Source: Deltaproteobacteria bacterium
Lineage (GTDB): Bacteria; Myxococcota_A; UBA796; JAFGLY01
Direction: 5' to 3'
DNA: 64,000 bases
Assembly (NCBI GenBank): GCA_016927815.1
Contig: JAFGLY010000114.1
Span: 20,329 to 84,328 of the forward strand
This document shows, in pieces, positions 48,473 to 56,477 of this stretch. Below the pieces are notes generated by a model, which saw nothing but the letters and a program-made list of their open reading frames with translations, was not told the DNA's origin and made no database searches. Each line of letters begins with the position of its first letter. The stretch's first letter is position 1. The position numbers and the translations under genes are program-made.

Positions 48473-49399
48473 CTACAGCCCCTCCAGCATCGTGCGGGCG
48501 AGGTCCCGGATCTGCTCGCTGGACGCGGGGTCGTCAGCCGCCTGCCGGTAGAGCGGGACCGCCTCGGCCGCCCGACCCCGGCGCCGGAGGAGGTCCGCCA
48601 GCAAGTAGGTGACCCGCGCGGCCTCCGCCGGGGGGCGGCCCGGCTTGCCCAGGTAGGCCCGGTACTCGGCGATGGCGAGATCCTGGAACCTGGGCTCCAC
48701 CGTGCCCACCATGAGGCGGAACCGGGCGAGGGCCTCGCGCTCCGCGTCGTCGAGGCCCAGGGTGGCGAAGGCGTCCAGGTACCGGTCACGCTGGGAGGCG
48801 TCGCCCAGGCGCTCCGCGACGCGGGCCAGGTTGTAGGTGACCTTCTTCCGATCCGCATTCGAGAGCGCCCGGGCCAGTTCCGCCTCGCCCAGCTTCAGCG
48901 TCTCGCGGGCGGCCTTGGGCCCCTCCAGCCCCAGGTACTCGCCCACGGCGCGGTCCCGCGCGAGCCAGGACGCGGTGAGGTACAGGCCGCCCACGAAGGC
49001 CTCGTCGCTTCCCAGCGCGCGGTAGAAACGGGCCGCGATGGCGTAGCGGTCCCAGGTCTCGAGCGTGGTCGGATCCCGAACCTCGGCCTGGACCTCGCGG
49101 GCCACCTCTCGGAGGCGTGCCAGCGTGGCCTCGTCGCGAGGGGTCTCGAAGTCGGTGCCGAGGAGCGTGAAGTAGTCCTTGGGACAGGTGGTGATGGCGT
49201 ACTCGCGCCACTGGCCGTGCGAGGCGTAACTGGCGAGGTCGCTGTCCCACCCGCCGAGGGTGTTCGAGGAGATCTGGACGTAGGTCCGAGCCTCTGCGCC
49301 GTCGAGCGGGCAATGTGCGACGCGCGTGGCCATGCGAGCCCCCCAGGCAGGGAGCGACAGGGCTGCGGCGAGGATCACAGGTGCGAGGCGCATGCGCAA
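48473..49399 (-). CDS. DUF2225-like protein with signal peptide and TPR-like helices
   Basis: Signal peptide; CPLDG...ITTCPKDY; YLTASWLARD; TYLLADLLRRRGR..EA. Confidence 0.7.
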   Translation of the reverse strand: MRMRLAPVILAAALSLPAWGARMATRVAHCPLDGAEARTYVQISSNTLGGWDSDLASYASHGQWREYAITTCPKDYFTLLGTDFETPRDEATLARLREVAREVQAEVRDPTTLETWDRYAIAARFYRALGSDEAFVGGLYLTASWLARDRAVGEYLGLEGPKAARETLKLGEAELARALSNADRKKVTYNLARVAERLGDASQRDRYLDAFATLGLDDAEREALARFRLMVGTVEPRFQDLAIAEYRAYLGKPGRPPAEAARVTYLLADLLRRRGRAAEAVPLYRQAADDPASSEQIRDLARTMLEGL

Positions 49400-49405
49400 T
49401 GCCGA

Positions 49406-50095
49406 TCAGTCCCTCACGATCGCGTCCAGAACCGGCTCGTGGTCCTCGAGGAAGCGGCGGACCCGGACGGGATCGAAGGCGGGGTGGACCTTGAAGACAG
49501 TGGAGCCAGCGTAGACGAAGTTGCCACCGATGCAGAACGGCTGGGTGCCGGGGTTGCGGCCCAGCAGGGTGCGGCCCCGAGCCAGGCCCGCCTGGTCGAT
49601 GAGGCGGATCTCCTCCTCGCGGGAGGCGAACGCGTGGACGGGGTGGTGGAACCGGATGCCGTGCTTCGCGTAGAAGGCACGGAAGAACTCCAGCGACACC
49701 GGCATCTGCTCCACGTAGTAGGGAGTGTCGCGCGAGGATCCGTCGGCCGCATCCTCGATATCACGAGCCCGGCACCAGCGGATCTGGGCCGCGTGCATGG
49801 CCGCCTTGCAGGACAGGCACCAGACGAAGCGGGAGCCGTAGGTGCGCCGCAGGGTGAGGAGGCGGCCCCGGACCAGCCGATCCATGTCCGCCCGGGCCGG
49901 CTCGATCTGGTGGGTGACCCGGCCGGGGAACCGCGCGAGCAGGCGCGACGCGGATGTGCGGGATCCCTCGACGAAGACCACGCCGTGCCCGATGTCGAAG
50001 GTCAGCAGGTGGACCCGGTCGAAGGTCTCGAGGAGGCGAAGCGTCCCGGCCGTGGAGTCCACACCCCCCGAGAAGAGAAAGGCGACCTCGCTCAT
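49406..50095 (-). CDS. PP-loop (adenine nucleotide alpha-hydrolase) enzyme, copy 2
   Basis: Start re-called at MSEVAFLFSGGVDST; CLSCKAAMH, DGSS, EQM, QPFC. Confidence 0.82.
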   Translation of the reverse strand: MSEVAFLFSGGVDSTAGTLRLLETFDRVHLLTFDIGHGVVFVEGSRTSASRLLARFPGRVTHQIEPARADMDRLVRGRLLTLRRTYGSRFVWCLSCKAAMHAAQIRWCRARDIEDAADGSSRDTPYYVEQMPVSLEFFRAFYAKHGIRFHHPVHAFASREEEIRLIDQAGLARGRTLLGRNPGTQPFCIGGNFVYAGSTVFKVHPAFDPVRVRRFLEDHEPVLDAIVRD

Positions 50096-50943
50096 CCGCC
50101 CTCCACCAGCCGCCGGAGGCGGCTGCCGGCCGGGTCGGCCACGAAGTCCTGGACGAGCCGGCGCGCGCGTCCGACCTTCTTTGCGTAGAACGCCTCGACC
50201 TCGCGCCGGTACCGGGTCATGTCGTGGCGCTCCAGGTAGAGCCAGCGGGCCCAGAGGTTGAAGAGCACCATCTGGTAGCACCGACCCTGGATGGTCTTGT
50301 CGTAGGGCGTGCCCTTGATGACACGGGCCGGCAGGATGCCCAGCTCGTACAACTCGTCGCCGGTGGTCCGCTGCACGCTGGCCTGACGCTCGGCGCGGGC
50401 GGGGCCGAGGCCCCACACCGAGGAGCCGAACTCGATGCCCTGTTCGTCGTCGTACCGGAAGACCGGGTTTTCGTAGCGGATCCGGGCGTCCGCGTACATC
50501 GCCCGGAACATGTCCAGGACCTCGATCATCTGCTCCGGGAAGATCACCATGGCCCGGTTGGAGCCGTCCCACACGTTCCCCACGCCCGCGTCGTGGCAGT
50601 AGACGATCGTGCGCAGGTGAAAGGCGAGCTTGCACAGCCCGCAGGTGGTCAGGACCATGAAGCCGTGCCTGAGGACGTCCTCGAGGTAGCTCTCGTAGGA
50701 GACGTGGCTAAAGAGGCGATCCACGTTTTCGATGGGGGGCCTCACGAAGCGATCCGGCCCGAAGCGCTCCTTGAGCTTGCGGACGTGGAGTTCGGAGTTC
50801 TGGACGTCCGTCATGCCGAAGCGGCGGTAGGTGAGGAGGTGGACCTCTGCGAACCGCTCGGCCGCACGCACCGCGGCGAGCGTGGAGTCGCTCCCCCCCG
50901 AGAACAGGAGGGCCACACGGTCAGCGGGGCTCGATGCCGGCAT
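50092..50943 (-). CDS. PP-loop (adenine nucleotide alpha-hydrolase) enzyme, copy 1
   Basis: VALLFSGGSDST; CGLCKLAFH, DGSN, EQM, QGRC. Confidence 0.85.
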   Translation of the reverse strand: MPASSPADRVALLFSGGSDSTLAAVRAAERFAEVHLLTYRRFGMTDVQNSELHVRKLKERFGPDRFVRPPIENVDRLFSHVSYESYLEDVLRHGFMVLTTCGLCKLAFHLRTIVYCHDAGVGNVWDGSNRAMVIFPEQMIEVLDMFRAMYADARIRYENPVFRYDDEQGIEFGSSVWGLGPARAERQASVQRTTGDELYELGILPARVIKGTPYDKTIQGRCYQMVLFNLWARWLYLERHDMTRYRREVEAFYAKKVGRARRLVQDFVADPAGSRLRRLVEGG

Positions 50944-51085
50944 CGGGGCGCACCCTGTAGAAACGGGGAGGGACGAGGTTGGCCACGCGGCCCAACAGCT
51001 CCGAGTAGACGATCCGGGCCCGCCACGGGAGGACGAGTCCCAGCGCCGAGGCCACGAAAGCGATGCCGATCTTCAGGGGTCTCAT
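50921..51085 (-). CDS. Small hydrophobic protein (54 aa), absent from the ORF track
   Basis: Hand translation MRPLKIGIAFVASALGLVLPWRARIVYSELLGRVANLVPPRFYRVRPDAGIEPR*; GC3-rich codons; overlaps the PP-loop start by 23 nt. Confidence 0.6.
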   Translation of the reverse strand: MRPLKIGIAFVASALGLVLPWRARIVYSELLGRVANLVPPRFYRVRPDAGIEPR

Positions 51086-51161
51086 GCGGTTAGGGGCTCC
51101 GACCGGGCACCGGCACCGTCGGAGCGGTACGTCCTGGCCCGAGACCCCTCACCATACATCC

Positions 51162-53042
51162 ATGGCCGCCCCGATGGTAGTGCCGGGTTCATCGTCGGAT
51201 GTCAGGTCGGTCCCCCGCGAGGGGATCGCGGGCTGGGGCTTCCACGCGGGTGCCCTCGTGTCCGGGCTCGTGGTCGCGGTGGCCGCCACCTTTCCCCTGG
51301 TCGCGCACCCGCTGGACCACCTGCCGGGTGCGGCCATGGCCGGAGGCCTGTCGCATGCCTGGCGGGCGTGGTGGACATGGATCGCCGTGGCGGTGCGCCA
51401 CGAAAACCCGGCCTGGACCGACCTCCTCAACTTCCCGGCCGGATTCCCGGTGGGCTTCCACCTCGGCAACGTCCTGGACGTGCTGCTCGTGCTTCCGATC
51501 ACGGGCATCGCGGGTCCCGTGGCGAGCGCGGTCGCGTGGTGCCTGGGATCGCTCGCGCTGTCGACGTGGGCGGCAGCCTGGCTCGGGCACAGGACCGGAC
51601 TGCCCGCCCCCATCGCCGTGCTCGCGGGCCTCCTGTGGGCGTTCGCCCCCCATCACCTGGCCTTCCTCATGGGCGGGGCCTACGAGAACCTCGCCAGCCC
51701 CTTCCTGCCGCTCCTCCTCGTGGCCCTCCTGGACCTGCTCGACCCGGATCTGCCGGCCGGCGTCCTCGGCCGTGCGGGCCGGGCCGCTGGCGTGGCCGGG
51801 TGCCTCTTTGGCCTGTCGCTCACGGTCTGGTTCTCCGGGCTGGTGGCAGGGCTCCTCGCAGGCCTCGTGGTAGCGGCGCTCCTCACCGTCCACCGACGGG
51901 CCGTACTGCCCGGCGCGGCCTGGGCGCTCGCAGGCCTCGCGGTGGGTGCCGCGGTCACTTGGGCCGCCTCCCGGGTCCTCCTGCCCATCGTCCCCTCGCC
52001 GCTCGGGCGCATGACCGTCCGCTCGGCGCCCATGGACAGCCTGTGTCGGGCGTGGCTCCATGGCCTGCCGGTGGACGCCGTCCTGCCCTCGGGCATGCTC
52101 TGGCTCAACCACCACGTCCTGGGGGGGGTGGCCGTGCTTGCCCTCCTGGGCGCCATGAGCCGCAAGGGTCGCTTCTGGCTCCTCCTGGCCGTGCCCTTCC
52201 TGCTCGACGCGGCCCTGCCCGAGACCTGGCTGAACGGCTCTTTCCAGACCCCCGCCATCCTCCGGGGGGTGAAGCCGCACCTCCAGACGCTCCTCGGCAG
52301 CGGGGAGCGTCGCCTGTTCCCCCTCCATCTCGCCCTCGCCCTGGCCGCGGGCCACGGTCTGGCCTGGGGTCTCCACCGCATCCGGGCCAGCTTGCGCGTC
52401 ACCCGGGCAGCCGTGCTCCTGGCCCTCGTCGCATGGGTCGCCGAACAGCGCCTCCTCGGCCCGATCCCGCTGCCTGTGCCCTGCTTCGAGGCCCGGACCG
52501 GGGCATGGACGGCCGAGGTGGCCCGAGGTCCGGCGGGCGCGGTCCTCGACGTCCCGATCCTGCTGGAGGGGTCGGGCGTCCCGGGCTGGGTGGTCAAGGG
52601 GATTCACAGCCGGTACATGTTCGACCAGACCGCGCACGGCCGGCCCATCTTCACGGCCACCGGGTCGCGCTTCGTCATGAACGAACGCCAGCTTCCGGTT
52701 CAGGATCCGCTGGTGCGTGCGCTCCTGCCCTTCGGCCGCGGGGTCCTGGCGGCCCGGACCGGACCTGTCGAGGATCTGCCTGGGGCGCCGCAAGACCGCC
52801 GGGGCCCCTGGAACCGAGCCACCGCGGGCTGGACCCCCGCCGGCCTCCAGGCAGCAGGCTACGCGTGGGTGGTCCTCCACGAGGCGCTCCTCGACCCCTG
52901 GGACGCCACCTTTCTCGAGGCCGCACTGGAGGACCTCCTGGGCCCCCCCCTCGCCCCGGGCGAAGGTGTCCTCCTCTTCGGCGTCCCGGATCCTGGACCC
53001 CACGAGCCGATCGTCGTCGCCCCCGGCCGCAAGGGACGATAG
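51162..53042 (+). CDS. Multi-pass membrane protein, GT-C/YfhO-like putative glycosyltransferase
   Basis: About 10-12 TM segments; TDLLNFPAG, AFAPHH, GAVLDVP, YMFDQTAHGRPI. Start uncertain. Confidence 0.72.
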   Translation: MAAPMVVPGSSSDVRSVPREGIAGWGFHAGALVSGLVVAVAATFPLVAHPLDHLPGAAMAGGLSHAWRAWWTWIAVAVRHENPAWTDLLNFPAGFPVGFHLGNVLDVLLVLPITGIAGPVASAVAWCLGSLALSTWAAAWLGHRTGLPAPIAVLAGLLWAFAPHHLAFLMGGAYENLASPFLPLLLVALLDLLDPDLPAGVLGRAGRAAGVAGCLFGLSLTVWFSGLVAGLLAGLVVAALLTVHRRAVLPGAAWALAGLAVGAAVTWAASRVLLPIVPSPLGRMTVRSAPMDSLCRAWLHGLPVDAVLPSGMLWLNHHVLGGVAVLALLGAMSRKGRFWLLLAVPFLLDAALPETWLNGSFQTPAILRGVKPHLQTLLGSGERRLFPLHLALALAAGHGLAWGLHRIRASLRVTRAAVLLALVAWVAEQRLLGPIPLPVPCFEARTGAWTAEVARGPAGAVLDVPILLEGSGVPGWVVKGIHSRYMFDQTAHGRPIFTATGSRFVMNERQLPVQDPLVRALLPFGRGVLAARTGPVEDLPGAPQDRRGPWNRATAGWTPAGLQAAGYAWVVLHEALLDPWDATFLEAALEDLLGPPLAPGEGVLLFGVPDPGPHEPIVVAPGRKGR

Positions 53043-53074
53043 AATGGCGGGTCCCGTACCCCCGAAGGGGCCCG

Positions 53075-54778
53075 ATGCCGGCCGACGACCTGGTCCTGGG
53101 TATTTCCGACGACTACGTCAGCAACGTCGCCCTCTTTCAGGGCGGTCGGCCCCTGTTCGCCGCAGCCAACGAACGCTTCACCCGAAAGAAGGGAGACGCC
53201 GGGTTCCCCGCCGAGGCGCTCGGGCAGGCGCTCGACCATGGGGGGGTGCGTCTGTCCGACGTGGACCGCCTCGTCATCGCCAACCGGACCCACTTCGTCT
53301 ACCGGGTCATGCGGGCCCAGTTCAAGGACTACAAGCACGACTTCTTCAACATCCAGCAGAAGCTCTACTGCAAGTACCACGATCTCGTGGAGGCGCTCCC
53401 GGCCTTCGGGTCCGTGGTGGGGGTCCTGAACCGAGCGCTGCTCACCGCCAAGACCCGCACCCGCGTCCTCCTGTGCGACCACCACACCGCCCACGCCGCC
53501 GGGGCCGTGTATTCCTCGGGGTTCGATCGTTGCCTGGCCGTCACGGTGGACAACCTGGGTGACGGCTTCTCCGCCAAGGTCCACACCTGGCAGGACGGGC
53601 GCCTCGAGTACCTGTGGGGCTCGCGGGCCAGCGATTCCCCGGGGCAGTTCTACGGCGAGATCACCCAGCTCCTGGGCTTCAACCCGCTGCGTCACGCCGG
53701 CAAGGTCACGGGCCTCTCGGCCCGGGGAGACCCCGAGCCCGCCATGCCGATCATGAAGGAGCTCTTCTTCCTCTCCCCGGATCGCCGGCGGTTCGGCATG
53801 ATGCCCTCCTGGCAGCGCTGGAAGGACCGCGGCCCCTACTTCCGGCTGGGCCTGTTCTCTCCCGAGGACATCGCCGCAGCAGCCCAGAAGCGGCTCGAGG
53901 ACGTCATCTCCGGCTTCGTGGCCCATGCGCTCGAGGTCACCGGCCACAACCGGATCGCCCTGGCTGGAGGGTGCGCCGCGAACGTGAAGATGAACCTGGT
54001 GCTCAAGCAGTTGCCCGGGGTGGAGGCGCTGCACGTCCACCCGGCCATGAGCGACGAGGGCCTGGGCTTCGGGGCCGCGGCCTGGTTCCTCCTCCAGAAG
54101 GGTATCGCTCCACGGACGCTCGACACGGTCTTCCTCGGTCCCGGGTTCTCGGAGGCGGAGGTCGAGGCTGCGCTCGCCAAGGGGGGCGTCCCCTCGATGC
54201 GGCCCCGGGACATGGCCGACACCGTGGCAGGTCTGCTCGAGGCGGGCCACGTTGTCGCCCGGTGCGACGGCCGCCTGGAGTACGGCCCCAGGGCGCTCGG
54301 CAACCGCAGCATCCTCTACCGGCCCGACGACCCCAGCGTCTCCGACTGGCTCAACGAGAAGCTTCGCCGTACCGAGTTCATGCCCTTCGCCCCCGTGACT
54401 CTGTGGGAGGACGCAGAGGCCTGCTACGACGCGACGGCCGGGGCTCGAGAGACCGCGCGCTTCATGACCATGGCCTTCCCCTGCACGTCGGGCTTCGCCC
54501 GTCTCTGCCCCGGGGTGGTCCACGTGGACGGTACGGCGCGGCCACAGCTCGTCCGTCGCGAGGAGTGCCCGGAGTACTACGACATCGTGGCCGCCTACAA
54601 GCGCCGCACGGGTCTGCCGTCCCTCATCAACACGTCCTTCAACATGCACGAGGAGCCCATCGTGAACGGCCCTTCAGACGCCGTGAACGCCTTCCTCGCC
54701 GCCGATTTGGACTACCTTGCCATCGGACGCCGCCTCGCCTGGAACCCGGCGCGGCCCGCGCTCGGGGAGCGGTTCTGA
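53075..54778 (+). CDS. Carbamoyltransferase (NodU/CmcH/TobZ family), copy 1
   Basis: HHTAHA, GKVTGL, LAGGCAANV, EYGPRALGNRS, MPFAP, VHVDGTARPQ, INTSFNMHEEPIV. Confidence 0.92.
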   Translation: MPADDLVLGISDDYVSNVALFQGGRPLFAAANERFTRKKGDAGFPAEALGQALDHGGVRLSDVDRLVIANRTHFVYRVMRAQFKDYKHDFFNIQQKLYCKYHDLVEALPAFGSVVGVLNRALLTAKTRTRVLLCDHHTAHAAGAVYSSGFDRCLAVTVDNLGDGFSAKVHTWQDGRLEYLWGSRASDSPGQFYGEITQLLGFNPLRHAGKVTGLSARGDPEPAMPIMKELFFLSPDRRRFGMMPSWQRWKDRGPYFRLGLFSPEDIAAAAQKRLEDVISGFVAHALEVTGHNRIALAGGCAANVKMNLVLKQLPGVEALHVHPAMSDEGLGFGAAAWFLLQKGIAPRTLDTVFLGPGFSEAEVEAALAKGGVPSMRPRDMADTVAGLLEAGHVVARCDGRLEYGPRALGNRSILYRPDDPSVSDWLNEKLRRTEFMPFAPVTLWEDAEACYDATAGARETARFMTMAFPCTSGFARLCPGVVHVDGTARPQLVRREECPEYYDIVAAYKRRTGLPSLINTSFNMHEEPIVNGPSDAVNAFLAADLDYLAIGRRLAWNPARPALGERF

Positions 54779-54779
54779 C

Positions 54780-56477
54780 ATGTACGTCCTGGGCGTCAAC
54801 GAGTTGTACCACGACTGCTCTGCCGCGCTGGTGGAGAACGGCCGGCTCGTGGCCGTGGTGGAGGAGGAGCGTCTCGACCGCGTGAAGCACACGCCCGGTC
54901 TGTGCTGGGGCGGGGACGCCCCCCGTCGTTCGATGGCATGGTGTCTCGACGCGTTCGGCGTCCGAGACGACCAGGTGGCCGCAGTGGCCCTCACCTACGA
55001 CATGAACGCCTATCTGGCGATCAAGACCATCGTGGACGCGGTGGTGTCCAACGTCCGGCGCATGCGGATCCGCGATATCGTGAGCCAGCGGATCCGCGGC
55101 GGGGATCACGCGGCCAACGTCGTCCATGGCAACATCGCGGGCTACTTCGGCAAGCGCAAGGCATGGATCCACGAGATGCGGAGGCGGTTCGGCACGGTCC
55201 TGGAGATCCCGCACCACCGTTGCCACGCGTCCAGCACGTTCCGCCTCTCGGGCTTCGATCGGGCCAACATCCTGGTGGTGGATGGCCTCGGCGAGGACGA
55301 CTCCACCTCGCTCTTCGCGGGCGAGGGTGCCACGATCCGGGGGCCTTTCGAGACCTGGAACCAGTACCAGTCCCTGGGCATGCTCTACAAGACGGTCACC
55401 TTTCTCCTGGGGTTCGGGTACTTCGGGGACGGCAAGACGATGGGGCTGTCCTCCTACGGGCAGTTCCGCGAGGCGTTCGGAGACATCATCGTGCCCACAC
55501 GCCAGGGCTACCGCATCCGGCCGGAGCGGCTCCGGAGGCTCTCGCCCTACGCCCGACGCGGCCCGGACGCACCCATCACCCAGGACCACAAGGATATCGC
55601 CTTCACCATCCAGACCCAGCTCGAGCAGGCCGCGGCGTCGCTCGCCACCCGGCTCCACCGGGACACCGGCTACCGGAAGCTGTGCGTGGCGGGGGGCGTG
55701 GGCTTGAACTGCAACATGAACGCCGTGCTGCGTCGGCTGCCCTTCGTGGACGACCTGTTCGTCCAGCCCGGAGCCATGGACATGGGGACCGCCATCGGAG
55801 CGGCCCTGGAGGCGAGCGCCATGATGGGCGTTGCGCCCGGCGAGCGGCTCGAGCACGTCTACTACGGACCCGAGTACCCGGCCGACGAGGTCCGGGCCGC
55901 GATCCTGAACGCTGGGCTCACCCCGAATCCCCGGCCCGAGGGCGACCTGCTGAAGGAGGCCGCACGCCTCGTCCACGAGGGCAAGGTGATCGGCTGGTTC
56001 CAGGGCCGCCTCGAGTTCGGGCCCCGTGCCCTCGGCAACCGTACCCTCGTGGCCGCGCCCGTGAGCGTCGAGATCCGTGATCGCGTCAACCGGATCAAGC
56101 AGCGGGAGCTGTGGCGGCCGCTCGCTCCGGCCGTGCTGGCCGAGGCCGCGGACCACTGGTTCGAGGATGCCGCTCCCAGCCCTTTCATGACCCTCACGTT
56201 CCACTTCCGGCCCGAGGTGAGGGAGCGGGTGCCCGGGGTGGTCCACGTGGACGGCACCGCCCGGGTCCAGACCGTGCACGCCGAGACCAATCCACGCTTC
56301 CACGCCCTCATCCGAGAGTACCAGGCCCTCTCCGGTCTGCCCCTGGTCATCAACACCTCGTTCAACCGCCGGGTGGAGCCCATCGTCTGCACCCCCAACG
56401 AGGCGATCGCCACCTACCTCGCGACCGAGATGGACGCCCTGGTCCTGGGCGATCACCTCCTGGAGAAGACCGCGTGA
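54780..56477 (+). CDS. Carbamoyltransferase (NodU/CmcH/TobZ family), copy 2
   Basis: LGVNELYHDCSAAL, EEER..R.KH, HHRCHA, GKTMGL, EFGPRALGNR, HVDGTARVQ, NTSFN. Confidence 0.94.
   Translation: MYVLGVNELYHDCSAALVENGRLVAVVEEERLDRVKHTPGLCWGGDAPRRSMAWCLDAFGVRDDQVAAVALTYDMNAYLAIKTIVDAVVSNVRRMRIRDIVSQRIRGGDHAANVVHGNIAGYFGKRKAWIHEMRRRFGTVLEIPHHRCHASSTFRLSGFDRANILVVDGLGEDDSTSLFAGEGATIRGPFETWNQYQSLGMLYKTVTFLLGFGYFGDGKTMGLSSYGQFREAFGDIIVPTRQGYRIRPERLRRLSPYARRGPDAPITQDHKDIAFTIQTQLEQAAASLATRLHRDTGYRKLCVAGGVGLNCNMNAVLRRLPFVDDLFVQPGAMDMGTAIGAALEASAMMGVAPGERLEHVYYGPEYPADEVRAAILNAGLTPNPRPEGDLLKEAARLVHEGKVIGWFQGRLEFGPRALGNRTLVAAPVSVEIRDRVNRIKQRELWRPLAPAVLAEAADHWFEDAAPSPFMTLTFHFRPEVRERVPGVVHVDGTARVQTVHAETNPRFHALIREYQALSGLPLVINTSFNRRVEPIVCTPNEAIATYLATEMDALVLGDHLLEKTA

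Noticed and set aside
49406-50943. queC / 7-deazaguanine DNA-modification (dpd) system
   Set aside because: No queD, queE, folE or dpdA/tgt in the window, and the QueC C-terminal zinc motif is missing.
50831-54778. Apparent 1315-aa carbamoyltransferase fusion
   Set aside because: The upstream part is an off-frame shadow of the membrane protein gene; the enzyme starts at 53075.
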